A stretch of 64,000 bases of DNA from an uncultured Clostridiaceae bacterium (GTDB lineage: Bacteria; Bacillota; Clostridia; TANB77; CAG-465). The position numbers and the translations under genes are program-made. A model generated the notes under the pieces. That model had not been told where the DNA came from. It worked only from the letters and a program-made list of their open reading frames with translations, and made no database searches. Below, one piece after another: positions 9,896-19,610 of the stretch. Position 1 is the stretch's first letter. Every line of letters starts with the position of its first letter. Location: contig CAMVON010000005.1 of NCBI GenBank assembly GCA_947169155.1, positions 70,949-134,948 of the forward strand, written 5' to 3'.

Positions 9896-12061
9896 ATGAA
9901 GAAAAAAATATTAAATATTGAGGGAATGACTTGTTCTGCATGTTCTAATGGGTTAGAAAAATATTTAAATAAGCAAGATGGAATAAAAGAAGCAAGTGTA
10001 AATCTTGTTATGGCTACAGCTTTGGTAGAATATGATGAGAGTAAAGTAAAAGATTCAGATTTAGATAGATTTGTAAAAGAAGCAGGATTTAAAAGTTTAG
10101 GTGAAAGAAGCAAAGATGGAAATAAAAAGCATGAAAGACTATTTTTAATACAATTTGCAATATTAGTAGTTCTTTTAATGTATATTTCTATGGGACATAT
10201 GGCAAATTTTCCTATCCCTTATGTTGTAGATAAAATGCATAACCCTATTGTATATACTGTATTTGTTATAGTTATAACTTTATGTTTTATCTTCTGGGGA
10301 ATAGATATAATTGTAAAGGGGATAAAAAATCTTTTTCATAGAATGCCTAATATGGACTCTCTTGTGGGAGTAGGTGTACTTGTAAACTTTGCATATAGTA
10401 TGTATAATGCAATAAATATTTTTCAAGGAAAAGTTCATCTTGTGGATAATTTATACTTTGAGTCATGTGCAATGATTATATTTTTTGTAAAACTTGGAAG
10501 ATATATAGATAGAAATAATAAAGCAAAAGCAGTAGATAGTATAAAGAATTTAGTTACTATTACTCCTAAAAATGCTGTAATTAAACAAAATGGAAAAGGA
10601 AAAGAAAAAGTAGTAACTATTAATGAAATACAAAAAGGAGATATAGTAATCTGTAAGCCTGGAGAAAAAATAGCTGTTGATGGTAAAGTTGTACTTGGAC
10701 AATCGCATACAGATGAGTCATTTATCACAGGAGAATCTAAACCGGTAAGTAAAACTATTGGAGATAGAGTTCTTGCAGGAAGTATCAACTATGATGGATA
10801 TTTAGAGTATACAGCAGAAAATATAGGAAAAGATTCAAGTATTTCTCATATAGTAGACTTAGTTGTAGAAGCTACAAATACTAAAGCTCCTATTGCAAAA
10901 TTTGCAGATAAAATAAGTGGAATTTTTGTACCAGTAATATTTGTAATAGCAATACTTGCATTTATACTAAATGTGGCAATTACTAGAGACATTAATCTTG
11001 CTCTTAATGCGCTTGTTAGTGTACTTGTTGTTGCTTGTCCTTGTGCACTTGGCCTTGCAACTCCACTTGCTATGGTTGTATCTTTAGGAAATGGGACAAG
11101 AAAAGGAATAGTTATTAAGAGTAGTGAAGTACTTGAAAGAATAAATGATATAGATACAGTTATTATGGATAAAACAGGAACTATAACTAAAGGAACTTTA
11201 ACTATAGCAGATTTATACTTCTTAGATGCTCAAAAAGACAATTTAAAACTATTAAAAAGCTTGGAGACTAAATCTAATCATCCTTTAGCTACAAGCGTTT
11301 CAAAAGGCGAAAATAATCCATATAAAGTATCAGATTTTGAAGAAATACCAGGACGTGGTATAAAAGGAAAAATAGATGGAGTTTTATATTATGCGGGAAA
11401 TAGTAAAATGCTAGAATCTATGGGGATAATTAATGCTCTATCAAATAAAGAAGAAGAGTTTTCTAAAAATGGTGAAAGTATAATATATTTTGCAAGTGAA
11501 AAACAATTACTTGGAATTGTTGGGTTAAGAGATGTAATTAAACCTGGAATTAAAGATGTTATTTCAACTCTTAAAGATCAAGGAAAAAAAGTTGTTATGC
11601 TTTCAGGAGATAATGAAATTACAGCAAAATTTATTGCAGATGAAGTTGGAATAGATATTGTCTATAGCAATATTTCTCCAAAAGGAAAATTAGAAAAAAT
11701 ACGTGAGTTGAATAAAAATCAAAACGTAATTATGGTAGGAGATGGAATAAATGATTCTCCAGCACTTAAAGAGGCTACAATTGGAATTAGTGTTTCAAAT
11801 GGTACAGATATAAGTTCAGATTCAGCAGATATAATGCTAATGAGTGAGGACATGTCTAAATTATTAGATGTGTTTAAAATTGGTAAGAAGACAATAAAAA
11901 TAATAAGAGAAAACTTATTCTGGGCTTTGGGATATAATTTACTTATGGTACCACTTGCAACTGGTATTTTACCAATATCTTTAAATCCAATGATAGCATC
12001 TTTAGCAATGACACTTAGTAGTTTAACAGTAGTACTTAATAGTTTAAGATTAAGAAAGTAG
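9896..12061 (+). CDS. copA: Copper-translocating P1B-type ATPase
   Basis: N-terminal HMA domain GMTCSACSNG, CPC motif in the TM region (VVACPCALGLATP), DKTGTIT phosphorylation site and GDGINDSPAL. Confidence 0.9.
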   Translation: MKKKILNIEGMTCSACSNGLEKYLNKQDGIKEASVNLVMATALVEYDESKVKDSDLDRFVKEAGFKSLGERSKDGNKKHERLFLIQFAILVVLLMYISMGHMANFPIPYVVDKMHNPIVYTVFVIVITLCFIFWGIDIIVKGIKNLFHRMPNMDSLVGVGVLVNFAYSMYNAINIFQGKVHLVDNLYFESCAMIIFFVKLGRYIDRNNKAKAVDSIKNLVTITPKNAVIKQNGKGKEKVVTINEIQKGDIVICKPGEKIAVDGKVVLGQSHTDESFITGESKPVSKTIGDRVLAGSINYDGYLEYTAENIGKDSSISHIVDLVVEATNTKAPIAKFADKISGIFVPVIFVIAILAFILNVAITRDINLALNALVSVLVVACPCALGLATPLAMVVSLGNGTRKGIVIKSSEVLERINDIDTVIMDKTGTITKGTLTIADLYFLDAQKDNLKLLKSLETKSNHPLATSVSKGENNPYKVSDFEEIPGRGIKGKIDGVLYYAGNSKMLESMGIINALSNKEEEFSKNGESIIYFASEKQLLGIVGLRDVIKPGIKDVISTLKDQGKKVVMLSGDNEITAKFIADEVGIDIVYSNISPKGKLEKIRELNKNQNVIMVGDGINDSPALKEATIGISVSNGTDISSDSADIMLMSEDMSKLLDVFKIGKKTIKIIRENLFWALGYNLLMVPLATGILPISLNPMIASLAMTLSSLTVVLNSLRLRK

Positions 12062-12063
12062 GG

Positions 12064-12393
12064 ATGAATATGTATTATACATATATGTTAAGATGTACAG
12101 ATAAATCTATTTATACAGGAATTACTACAGATGTTAAAAGAAGAATGAAAGAACATTTTTCACAAGGTGTAAAAAGTGCAAAATATACTAAAAATCATGA
12201 AGCTTTAAAACTTGAATGTGTTTGGGAATGCGAAGATAGAGGTCTTGCAACTAAGCTTGAATATCAAATTAAGCAGCTTGAGAAAAAAGACAAAGAAGAA
12301 CTAATATTGACGCAAGATTTAAAACAGTTCTTAAAAGATAAAGTAGATTGTGATGAATATGTAATAATGGATGTAGAAGGAATGATAGAATAA
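12064..12393 (+). CDS. GIY-YIG domain protein (UPF0213/YhbQ-like small nuclease-like protein)
   Basis: MYYTYMLRCTDKSIYTGITTDVKRRMKEH matches the GIY-YIG signature; the likely start is the ATG at 12070. Confidence 0.7.
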   Translation: MNMYYTYMLRCTDKSIYTGITTDVKRRMKEHFSQGVKSAKYTKNHEALKLECVWECEDRGLATKLEYQIKQLEKKDKEELILTQDLKQFLKDKVDCDEYVIMDVEGMIE

Positions 12394-12394
12394 T

Positions 12395-13354
12395 ATGAAG
12401 CAATATAAAATGATAGATACAAGAGATGGTATAATTGGTCTTGCAATTGCAGATTCTATGGGAGTACCACTTGAAGGAATGACAAGAGATATATTATTAA
12501 ATCAACCAGTAGTAGAAATGATGGGAAATTTAGCAAATAATATGCCTAAAGGTTCTTTTTCAGATGATACTTCACTTACTCTTGCAACTGTTGATGCGAT
12601 TATACAAAAAGGAAAAATAGATACTAAAGAAATAGCAAATAACTTTTTAAGATGGGCCACAGAAGGTGCATATACTCCAACAGGAGTTGCATTTGGAATA
12701 GGCTCAACAACAAATGAAGCAATAGATAGAATAAGTGAAGGAATAAAACCAGAAAAATGTGGATTAAAAGAAAGTAAGAATAATGGAAATGGTTCACTTA
12801 TGCGTATGTGTCCAATTATATATTATTGCTATTCAAAAAGATATAATAGTAAAAAAGTATTAGATGTAGTAACTAAAGTATCAAGTATTACACATGCAAA
12901 TGAGATAAGTATTCTTGCTTGTTTTATATATGTAATGTTTGGAATAGAACTTTTAGAACAAAGAGATTTTTATTCAGCTTATCAAAGAATAAGAACATTA
13001 AATTATTCTAAATTTAGTGAGGAAGCTTTATCTAAATTTGAAAGAATACTTGTAAAAGACATTCGTACATTGTCTGTTGAAGATATTAAATCTACAGGTT
13101 ATGTCGTAGATACACTTGAGGCTACTTTATGGCTATTATTTAATACTGAGTCATATAACCAAGCAGTAATTGGTGCAATAAATCTTGGTGGTGATACAGA
13201 TACAATTGGGGCATGTACAGGAGCTCTTGCAGGTATTTGTTATAGACTAGAAAAAGTTAATCCTATTTGGAGAGAAAGCTTATTAAAATACGATTATATA
13301 GATAATATGTGTCATAGTTTTAATAAATTAATAAACAAAAATATGCAAAAATAA
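12395..13354 (+). CDS. ADP-ribosylglycohydrolase family protein (DraG/ARH-like)
   Basis: N-terminal GLAIADSMGVPLE and C-terminal GGDTDTIGACTGALAG motifs characteristic of the ARH family. Confidence 0.75.
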   Translation: MKQYKMIDTRDGIIGLAIADSMGVPLEGMTRDILLNQPVVEMMGNLANNMPKGSFSDDTSLTLATVDAIIQKGKIDTKEIANNFLRWATEGAYTPTGVAFGIGSTTNEAIDRISEGIKPEKCGLKESKNNGNGSLMRMCPIIYYCYSKRYNSKKVLDVVTKVSSITHANEISILACFIYVMFGIELLEQRDFYSAYQRIRTLNYSKFSEEALSKFERILVKDIRTLSVEDIKSTGYVVDTLEATLWLLFNTESYNQAVIGAINLGGDTDTIGACTGALAGICYRLEKVNPIWRESLLKYDYIDNMCHSFNKLINKNMQK

Positions 13355-13419
13355 AAAAGTAGTAGTAAATATTTTAAGGATGAAGTATAATATAATTATA
13401 CAAAAGAGGAGAGGTTTTT

Positions 13420-14061
13420 ATGGAAGGCTCGAGGGTAAAAAATATAATAGTAATTGCAGCATGTTTAATTTTAGGTGTTGCTTTTGTAGTAGGAAGTTTT
13501 ATGGTCTTAAATTTTAAAAAAGAAGACCATACAAATATAGATGAATATAGTTCGAATTTAGAAAAACTTATAGAAAGCAAAGATGTCAGAAGTGGACTTA
13601 AAGTTTTTCCAGCTGAAATTAACAAGGAAAAAGTAAAAGATTTTAAATATTATTCAACAGATGGGCTTTTTATTGGAGACTATCTATACTATTTAGTTGT
13701 AGATTATGACAAAGATGAATTTGATGCAGAAGTTGAAAGAATAAAAAACGTTAATCAACCTTTTAGAGATATAGTAAAAAATATATTTTTTGCTAAAACT
13801 GGTTTTAAATATCCTGCTTATATTACAATTTGGGATGGAAATGGAACTTATGAATATGCAGTTGTAGATGAAGAAAATACTACTATTGCATATGTACTAA
13901 ATCAATTATATGATTGGAAAGATACTGGTATAGCAGAAGATTATTTACCAAAAGATTATTCTGTACCTTCAACAAGCAAAGATACAGGTAAAGATGGATA
14001 TTCTATGTACTATGTTTATGATGAATTTGGTACAGGTTATAGATTTGATGAATTACACTAA
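13420..14061 (+). CDS. Hypothetical membrane-anchored or secreted protein; paralog of 36149..36730
   Basis: N-terminal TM helix. It shares a YLxYLVVxYDxxE(F/Y)xAEVxRxK block and a C-terminal DYLP motif with the ORF at 36149. Confidence 0.5.
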   Translation: MEGSRVKNIIVIAACLILGVAFVVGSFMVLNFKKEDHTNIDEYSSNLEKLIESKDVRSGLKVFPAEINKEKVKDFKYYSTDGLFIGDYLYYLVVDYDKDEFDAEVERIKNVNQPFRDIVKNIFFAKTGFKYPAYITIWDGNGTYEYAVVDEENTTIAYVLNQLYDWKDTGIAEDYLPKDYSVPSTSKDTGKDGYSMYYVYDEFGTGYRFDELH

Positions 14062-14069
14062 TAATTTTA

Positions 14070-14112
14070 AGAGCAAGTAATATTGTATATTACTTGCTTT
14101 TATGATATTATT
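14070..14112 (+). repeat. Conserved-stem terminator hairpin, copy 1 (AGCAAGTAATA-TTG-TATTACTTGCT then TTTTATGATATTA)
   Basis: 11-bp perfect stem, T-tract and conserved tail read directly. Confidence 0.75.
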
Positions 14113-14138
14113 TAGCTGTATGAAAAAGAGGGATTATT

Positions 14139-15371
14139 ATGAAGAAAAGATTAACAGTAGGACTATTTATGGATTCGTATTTTCCAATGATTGATGGGGT
14201 TACTATGGTTATGGATAACTATGCTAAACGTCTTGGAAAATATGGAGATGTCATAGTATTTGTACCAGATGTTTCTCATGGAACTTTTGATGATACAAAA
14301 CTTGGATATAAGGTTGTTAGATGCAAATGTGTTAAGATGCCAATATTAGATTATTCTTTTCCTATGCCACATATAGATAAAAAATTTATGAAAGAGATTG
14401 AGAAGTATAATTTAGATATTGTACATATTCATTCACCATTTGTAATGGGAAGACTTGGAATTGAATATGCAAAAAAGCATAATATTCCTGTGGTTGGAAC
14501 AATGCATAGTCAATTTAAACAGGACTTTAAACGTGCTGTTAAATCTGATCATTTAGCTAGTGGATTAAATAAAGTACCAATTCATGAGTTTAATAAATGT
14601 GATGAATGCTGGGCTGTGAATAAAGAAGTAGCACGAATTTTTTATGAGGATTATCATTGCAAAGAAATGCCAAGAGTAATGAATAATTCTACAGAAATGC
14701 TTCCACTTTCAGATCCAAAAGCTGCAGATGAAAGAATTAATAAATTACATGGAATAAGTGAAGATGAGAAAGTATTATTATTTGTTGGAAGAATAAACAA
14801 ATTAAAAAATATTTTCTTTATTATTGATAGTTTAAAAGTAATAAATGAAAAATATCCAGATTTTAAATATAAAATGTTATTTGTAGGATCTGGTCAAGAT
14901 GAAGAAGAATTAAAAGAAATGATTCATAAAAATCATATGGAAGATAAAGTTATAATGGTTGGAAGAGTAACAGATAGAGAGCTTTTAGCATCATATTATA
15001 AACGTGCAAATTTATTTTTATTCCCATCACTTTATGATGCATCTTCAATTGTACAAATTGAGGCTGCTAGCCAAAAATCTCCAACTATGTTTTTAAAAGG
15101 TGCTGCAACTGCTTCTACAGTTACAGATAGAGTAAATGGCTACTTATCTGAAAATGATCCGGAAATTTATGCAAGAGATATTGTAAATATTTTTAAAGAT
15201 GAAAAAGCATATAATGAGCTTTGTGAAAATGCATATAGAGATTTATATAAAAACTGGGATGATACTGTAAAAGAAGTGTATGAAAGATATGAATATCTTT
15301 ACGAGAAAAAGCAAAAAGAAATAAAAGAGAAGGAAGAGAAAAAGTTAAAAAGAAAAAATTTAGAAAAATAG
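14139..15371 (+). CDS. Glycosyltransferase family 4 (retaining GT-B), possibly a glycolipid or cell-wall glycosyltransferase
   Basis: GT4 C-terminal motif FPSLYDASSIVQIEAAS (E-x7-E) and N-terminal MIDGVTMVM. Confidence 0.65.
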   Translation: MKKRLTVGLFMDSYFPMIDGVTMVMDNYAKRLGKYGDVIVFVPDVSHGTFDDTKLGYKVVRCKCVKMPILDYSFPMPHIDKKFMKEIEKYNLDIVHIHSPFVMGRLGIEYAKKHNIPVVGTMHSQFKQDFKRAVKSDHLASGLNKVPIHEFNKCDECWAVNKEVARIFYEDYHCKEMPRVMNNSTEMLPLSDPKAADERINKLHGISEDEKVLLFVGRINKLKNIFFIIDSLKVINEKYPDFKYKMLFVGSGQDEEELKEMIHKNHMEDKVIMVGRVTDRELLASYYKRANLFLFPSLYDASSIVQIEAASQKSPTMFLKGAATASTVTDRVNGYLSENDPEIYARDIVNIFKDEKAYNELCENAYRDLYKNWDDTVKEVYERYEYLYEKKQKEIKEKEEKKLKRKNLEK

Positions 15372-15380
15372 AGGGATAAT

Positions 15381-15806
15381 ATGAATAAAAAAGAAATATT
15401 TAGAACAATAAAATTTACATTGTTTTCAATTAGTGCAGGAATAGTTGAAATAGTAGTTTTTACACTATTAAATTTAATTCCAAATTGGAGTTATTGGCCA
15501 AAATATTTGATTGCACTTGTTGCATCAGTTTTATGGAATTTTACATTAAATAGAGAATTTACTTTTAAAGCAACAAATAATGTTCCTGTTGCAATGCTAA
15601 AAGTTGCATTATTTTATGCAGTGTTTACTCCAGTATCAACAATTGTTGGAAATTATTTAGCAGAAACACTATTATGGAATGAATTTATTGTTACTGCACT
15701 AAATATGATAGCAAACTTTATTCTTGAATATTTATGGGATACATTTGTTGTATTTAGAGGAAGTATTGATACTAAAGACGATAAGAAGAAAGAAATTAAA
15801 GAATAG
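15381..15806 (+). CDS. GtrA family membrane protein
   Basis: 141 aa with 4 TM helices and WNFTLNREFTFK, typical of GtrA-like proteins; it is adjacent to the GT4 gene. Confidence 0.65.
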   Translation: MNKKEIFRTIKFTLFSISAGIVEIVVFTLLNLIPNWSYWPKYLIALVASVLWNFTLNREFTFKATNNVPVAMLKVALFYAVFTPVSTIVGNYLAETLLWNEFIVTALNMIANFILEYLWDTFVVFRGSIDTKDDKKKEIKE

Positions 15807-15815
15807 GAGAAAATA

Positions 15816-16769
15816 ATGGAAGTTAGAGACCTTTATGATAAAGATAGAAAATTAACTGGAGAAACTATTTTAAAGGGTGAGAAAATACCAGAAAATAGAT
15901 ACATTATCGTTATGCTAATATTTATACAAAATAATGAAGGCAAGTTTTTAATACAAAAGCGTAGCAAACAAAAAAATGGACTTCTTGCTGCTACTGGTGG
16001 TCATGCAAAAACTGGTGAAACTAGTATTCAAGCAATTCAAACAGAAGTAAAAGAAGAAATTGGGCTAGATTTACCAGAAGACAAAATTGAATTATACTTT
16101 AGTGGTAGACAAGATGAAGAAAGAGTCTTTTTTGATGATTATTACATTAAGCTAGATATTGAAGATATTTCTAAATTAAAGCTTCAAGAAGAGGAAGTTG
16201 AATCTGTTTGTTGGATGACAAAAGATGAAATAATTGAGGCAAAGAAGAATGGTACATTCTTTATGAACCACTTTGAAGAATTTGAGACTTTGATAGAATG
16301 GTTAGAGGATAAAGAAAAGGGGATATCTATAGAACAAGAAACAAGTAATAAAGAACAGTATATGGATTTATTATTAGAAGCAGATCCTAGTAAAAAGTTA
16401 ATTAATCATTATTTAAATATGGGTGAATTATTCGTACTTAAATATAATAATGATATTGCTTGTATAGCTGTAGTAGTAAAAATAGATGATGAAACAGTAG
16501 AATTAAAAAATGTAGCTACTAAGGAAATTTATAGAGGTCAAGGCTTTGGAAAGAGAATGATTAATTTTTTAACATATAAATATAAAGTTAATTATAAAAA
16601 AATGATAGTTGGAACTACAGAAAATAATATTCCGTTCTATGTTAAATTAGGTTTTGATAACTTTGAAAAGACTATAAAGAATTTCTTTATAGATAATTAT
16701 GAAGAAGAGATATGGGATGGTAAATTACAATGTATAGATATGTATTACTATTCTAAAAAATTAAAATAA
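15816..16769 (+). CDS. NUDIX hydrolase fused to a GNAT acetyltransferase
   Basis: Nudix box GGHAKTGETSIQAIQTEVKEEIGL in the N-terminal half and a GNAT motif RGQGFGKRMINFL in the C-terminal half. Confidence 0.7.
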   Translation: MEVRDLYDKDRKLTGETILKGEKIPENRYIIVMLIFIQNNEGKFLIQKRSKQKNGLLAATGGHAKTGETSIQAIQTEVKEEIGLDLPEDKIELYFSGRQDEERVFFDDYYIKLDIEDISKLKLQEEEVESVCWMTKDEIIEAKKNGTFFMNHFEEFETLIEWLEDKEKGISIEQETSNKEQYMDLLLEADPSKKLINHYLNMGELFVLKYNNDIACIAVVVKIDDETVELKNVATKEIYRGQGFGKRMINFLTYKYKVNYKKMIVGTTENNIPFYVKLGFDNFEKTIKNFFIDNYEEEIWDGKLQCIDMYYYSKKLK

Positions 16770-16791
16770 TAAGAAATACGCGGGTGATAAT

Positions 16792-17283
16792 ATGGATAAG
16801 AAAAGATTAATTATAGCGGTTATAGTTATTATATTTGAAATAGTTATTATGGCTATTATTATAAGATTGATGCATCCTAGAGCATATGATCCGGTTGCTA
16901 TAGGTGAAGAAAAATTCACTTTAGATGATAGTGTTGAAATAGAGGAAAATGTTATGAAGATTAATATAAATAATGAAGAATATGTTATAAATGTTGAAAA
17001 TGAAACATTAATGGAAGAAATATATAATGCACTTCCAGAAACTTTTACTATGACAGAACTAAATGGAAATGAAAAATATTATTATTTAAACTCAAATATG
17101 AAAAATGCAAATAGTGAGGCGGTAGGTCAAGTTCAAAAAGGAGATGTTATGCTTTTTGGAAGTGATTGTTTAGTTATTTTTTATGATTCTTTTGAAACAG
17201 AATTTAGATATACAAAAATTGGTCATATAGATAATTTAGGAGATTTAGGAAATGGAAATGTAGATGTTTCTATTACAAAATAA
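16792..17283 (+). CDS. Membrane-anchored hypothetical protein, possibly cyclophilin-like fold
   Basis: N-terminal TM helix. The pattern ...NETLMEEIYNALPETFTMTELNGNEKYYYL...GDVMLFGSDCLVIFY resembles the cyclophilin-like family (low confidence). Confidence 0.4.
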   Translation: MDKKRLIIAVIVIIFEIVIMAIIIRLMHPRAYDPVAIGEEKFTLDDSVEIEENVMKININNEEYVINVENETLMEEIYNALPETFTMTELNGNEKYYYLNSNMKNANSEAVGQVQKGDVMLFGSDCLVIFYDSFETEFRYTKIGHIDNLGDLGNGNVDVSITK

Positions 17284-17291
17284 ATAATATG

Positions 17292-17327
17292 ATAGCAAGA
17301 AAGAGAATATCTTTTTTGCTATTATTT
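17292..17327 (+). terminator. Rho-independent terminator
   Basis: Imperfect hairpin ATAGCAAGAAAGA...TCTTTTTTGCTAT with a T run. Confidence 0.5.
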
Positions 17328-17406
17328 TATTAACTGACCACTTGTTCTAATTGAGTATGAGGTGTATTTGTGGTATCATTTTATATATACTAATGAGGAG
17401 GTTTAA

Positions 17407-18081
17407 ATGACAAGAACAAAATTAAAAGATAGAAAATTACCTAAATATACTAAAGGTGAAGAAATATTTAATATGACAACACATATTGTTGGAGGAGCAC
17501 TTGGAGTGGTAGCTTTAGTACTCTGTGTTGTTTTTGCAAGTATACATGGAAATCCATATGCAATAGTAAGTTCGGTTATATATGGAGTATCAATGATATT
17601 ACTTTATACTATGAGTAGCATTTATCATGGACTTAGTCCAAAGCTTACAGCTAAAAAGGTGTTTCAAATTTTTGACCATTGCTCAATATTTGTGCTTATT
17701 GCAGGTACATATACTCCATTTTGTTTAGTAACTTTTTTAAACTATAGTAAACCACTTGGTTGGTGGCTTTTTGGAATACTATGGTTTTTTGCTGCACTTG
17801 GAATACTATTAAATTCAATAGATATAAAAAAATATAAAGTATTTTCAATGCTTTGCTATTTAATTATGGGATGGTGCATTGTCTTTAAAGCACATCTTTT
17901 ACCAGAGCTTTTAACTATTCCAGGACTTGTACTTTTAGTTGCAGGAGGAGTTGCTTATACAATAGGGGCAATTCTTTATGGGGTAGGTACAAAGATTAAA
18001 TATATGCATTCAGTATTTCATATTTTTATTTGTATAGGAAGTTTATTACAATTTTTGTGTATTTTACTATATGTAGTATAA
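17407..18081 (+). CDS. Hemolysin III family protein (PAQR/YqfA-like)
   Basis: 7 TM helices with HIVGG, SSIYHG and C-terminal FHIFICIG motifs. Confidence 0.8.
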   Translation: MTRTKLKDRKLPKYTKGEEIFNMTTHIVGGALGVVALVLCVVFASIHGNPYAIVSSVIYGVSMILLYTMSSIYHGLSPKLTAKKVFQIFDHCSIFVLIAGTYTPFCLVTFLNYSKPLGWWLFGILWFFAALGILLNSIDIKKYKVFSMLCYLIMGWCIVFKAHLLPELLTIPGLVLLVAGGVAYTIGAILYGVGTKIKYMHSVFHIFICIGSLLQFLCILLYVV

Positions 18082-18112
18082 TTATATAAAATGCTAGAAA
18101 GGAGGATGATTT

Positions 18113-19609
18113 ATGTCTCAAATAAATGTACAAAACTTAACTTTTGGATATGAAGGAAGTCTTAAAAACGTTTTTGAAAATGTATCATTTGTATTAGATA
18201 CAGACTGGAAACTGGGACTTATTGGAAGAAATGGGAAAGGAAAAACTACCTTTTTAAAACTTCTTGTGGGAGAATATGATTATCAAGGAACTATTTCTAA
18301 AAATGTAGATATAAACTATTTTCCTTATGATATAAAAGATAAAAACGAAATAACTTTAGATATTATTTTATCTATTGCTCCAAATGCAGAAGATTGGGAA
18401 ATAATTAAAGAGTTAAATTTACTTAATACTACTGCAGACATACTTTATCGTCCATATAATACTTTAAGCGGAGGAGAACAAGTTAAGGTGCAACTTGTGG
18501 CATTATTTTTAAAGCAAGATAATTTTTTACTTATAGATGAGCCTACAAATCACTTAGATAAAGAGGCAAGAGATTCAATAATAAACTATATTAAAAATAA
18601 AAAAGGCTTTATTGTTGTATCACATGATAGGCATTTTTTAGATAATGTTTGTGACCATATTATTAGCATAAACAATGCAAATATAGATATACAAAAAGGA
18701 AACTATTCTTCGTGGAAAGAAAATATGGATAGGCAAAATTCTTTTGAGCAAATGCAAAATGAAAAAATAAATAGAGATATTAGTAGACTTGAAGTGGCTG
18801 CAAAAAGTACTAATGAATGGTCAAATGCTGTAGAAAGTACAAAAGTTGGAGTGAGAAATTCTGGTCTTAGACCAGATACAGGATATATTGGCCATCAAGC
18901 TGCAAAAATGATGAAACGTTCAAAAGTAATTGAGGCTAGGATTGAAAAAGCAATAGATGAAAAAAAGAATTTGTTAAATAATATAGATAGACAAGATAAT
19001 TTAACTATTAAACCATTAACAAATAAGAGAAATCCAATTATGATTCTTGAAGATGTACAAGCAGTATATGATGGTGTGGAAATTTTTGAACCAGTTTCTT
19101 TTGATATTTGCAATGGAGATAGAATTGCTTTAATTGGCAAAAATGGAGCTGGTAAATCTAGCATAGTAAAATTAATTCTAAATGAAAGTAAAATGGATTT
19201 TAAAGGTAAAATTAGACGTCCTGAGACACTTAAAATATCATATGTATCACAAAATACAGATTATCTTAAAGGAAATCTAAAGGATTTTGCAAAAGCTTGT
19301 GATATAGATGAATCTATATTTAAAGCAATGCTAGCAAAGATGAGTTTTGATAGAATAGAATTAGATAAAAACATAGAGGATATGAGCGAAGGACAAAAGA
19401 AGAAAGTCCTTATTGCTAAAAGTATAACTGAATCTGCAGATATATATGTATGGGATGAACCACTAAATTATATAGATATTTTAACTCGTGAACAAATAGA
19501 AGAGGCAATTTTAAAATATATGCCAACACTAGTATTTGTTGAACATGATGATACTTTTGTACAAAAAATTGCTACAAAAAGAATAGTTATAACAAGAAAG
19601 GAAGATTAA
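18113..19609 (+). CDS. ABC-F family ATPase (two ABC domains, no TM segment), possibly an ARE-type ribosomal protection protein
   Basis: Walker A GRNGKGKTT plus signature LSGGEQVK in the first domain and Walker A GKNGAGKSS plus MSEGQKKK in the second. A linker of about 100 aa separates the domains; total length 498 aa. Confidence 0.7.
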   Translation: MSQINVQNLTFGYEGSLKNVFENVSFVLDTDWKLGLIGRNGKGKTTFLKLLVGEYDYQGTISKNVDINYFPYDIKDKNEITLDIILSIAPNAEDWEIIKELNLLNTTADILYRPYNTLSGGEQVKVQLVALFLKQDNFLLIDEPTNHLDKEARDSIINYIKNKKGFIVVSHDRHFLDNVCDHIISINNANIDIQKGNYSSWKENMDRQNSFEQMQNEKINRDISRLEVAAKSTNEWSNAVESTKVGVRNSGLRPDTGYIGHQAAKMMKRSKVIEARIEKAIDEKKNLLNNIDRQDNLTIKPLTNKRNPIMILEDVQAVYDGVEIFEPVSFDICNGDRIALIGKNGAGKSSIVKLILNESKMDFKGKIRRPETLKISYVSQNTDYLKGNLKDFAKACDIDESIFKAMLAKMSFDRIELDKNIEDMSEGQKKKVLIAKSITESADIYVWDEPLNYIDILTREQIEEAILKYMPTLVFVEHDDTFVQKIATKRIVITRKED

Positions 19610-19610
19610 T

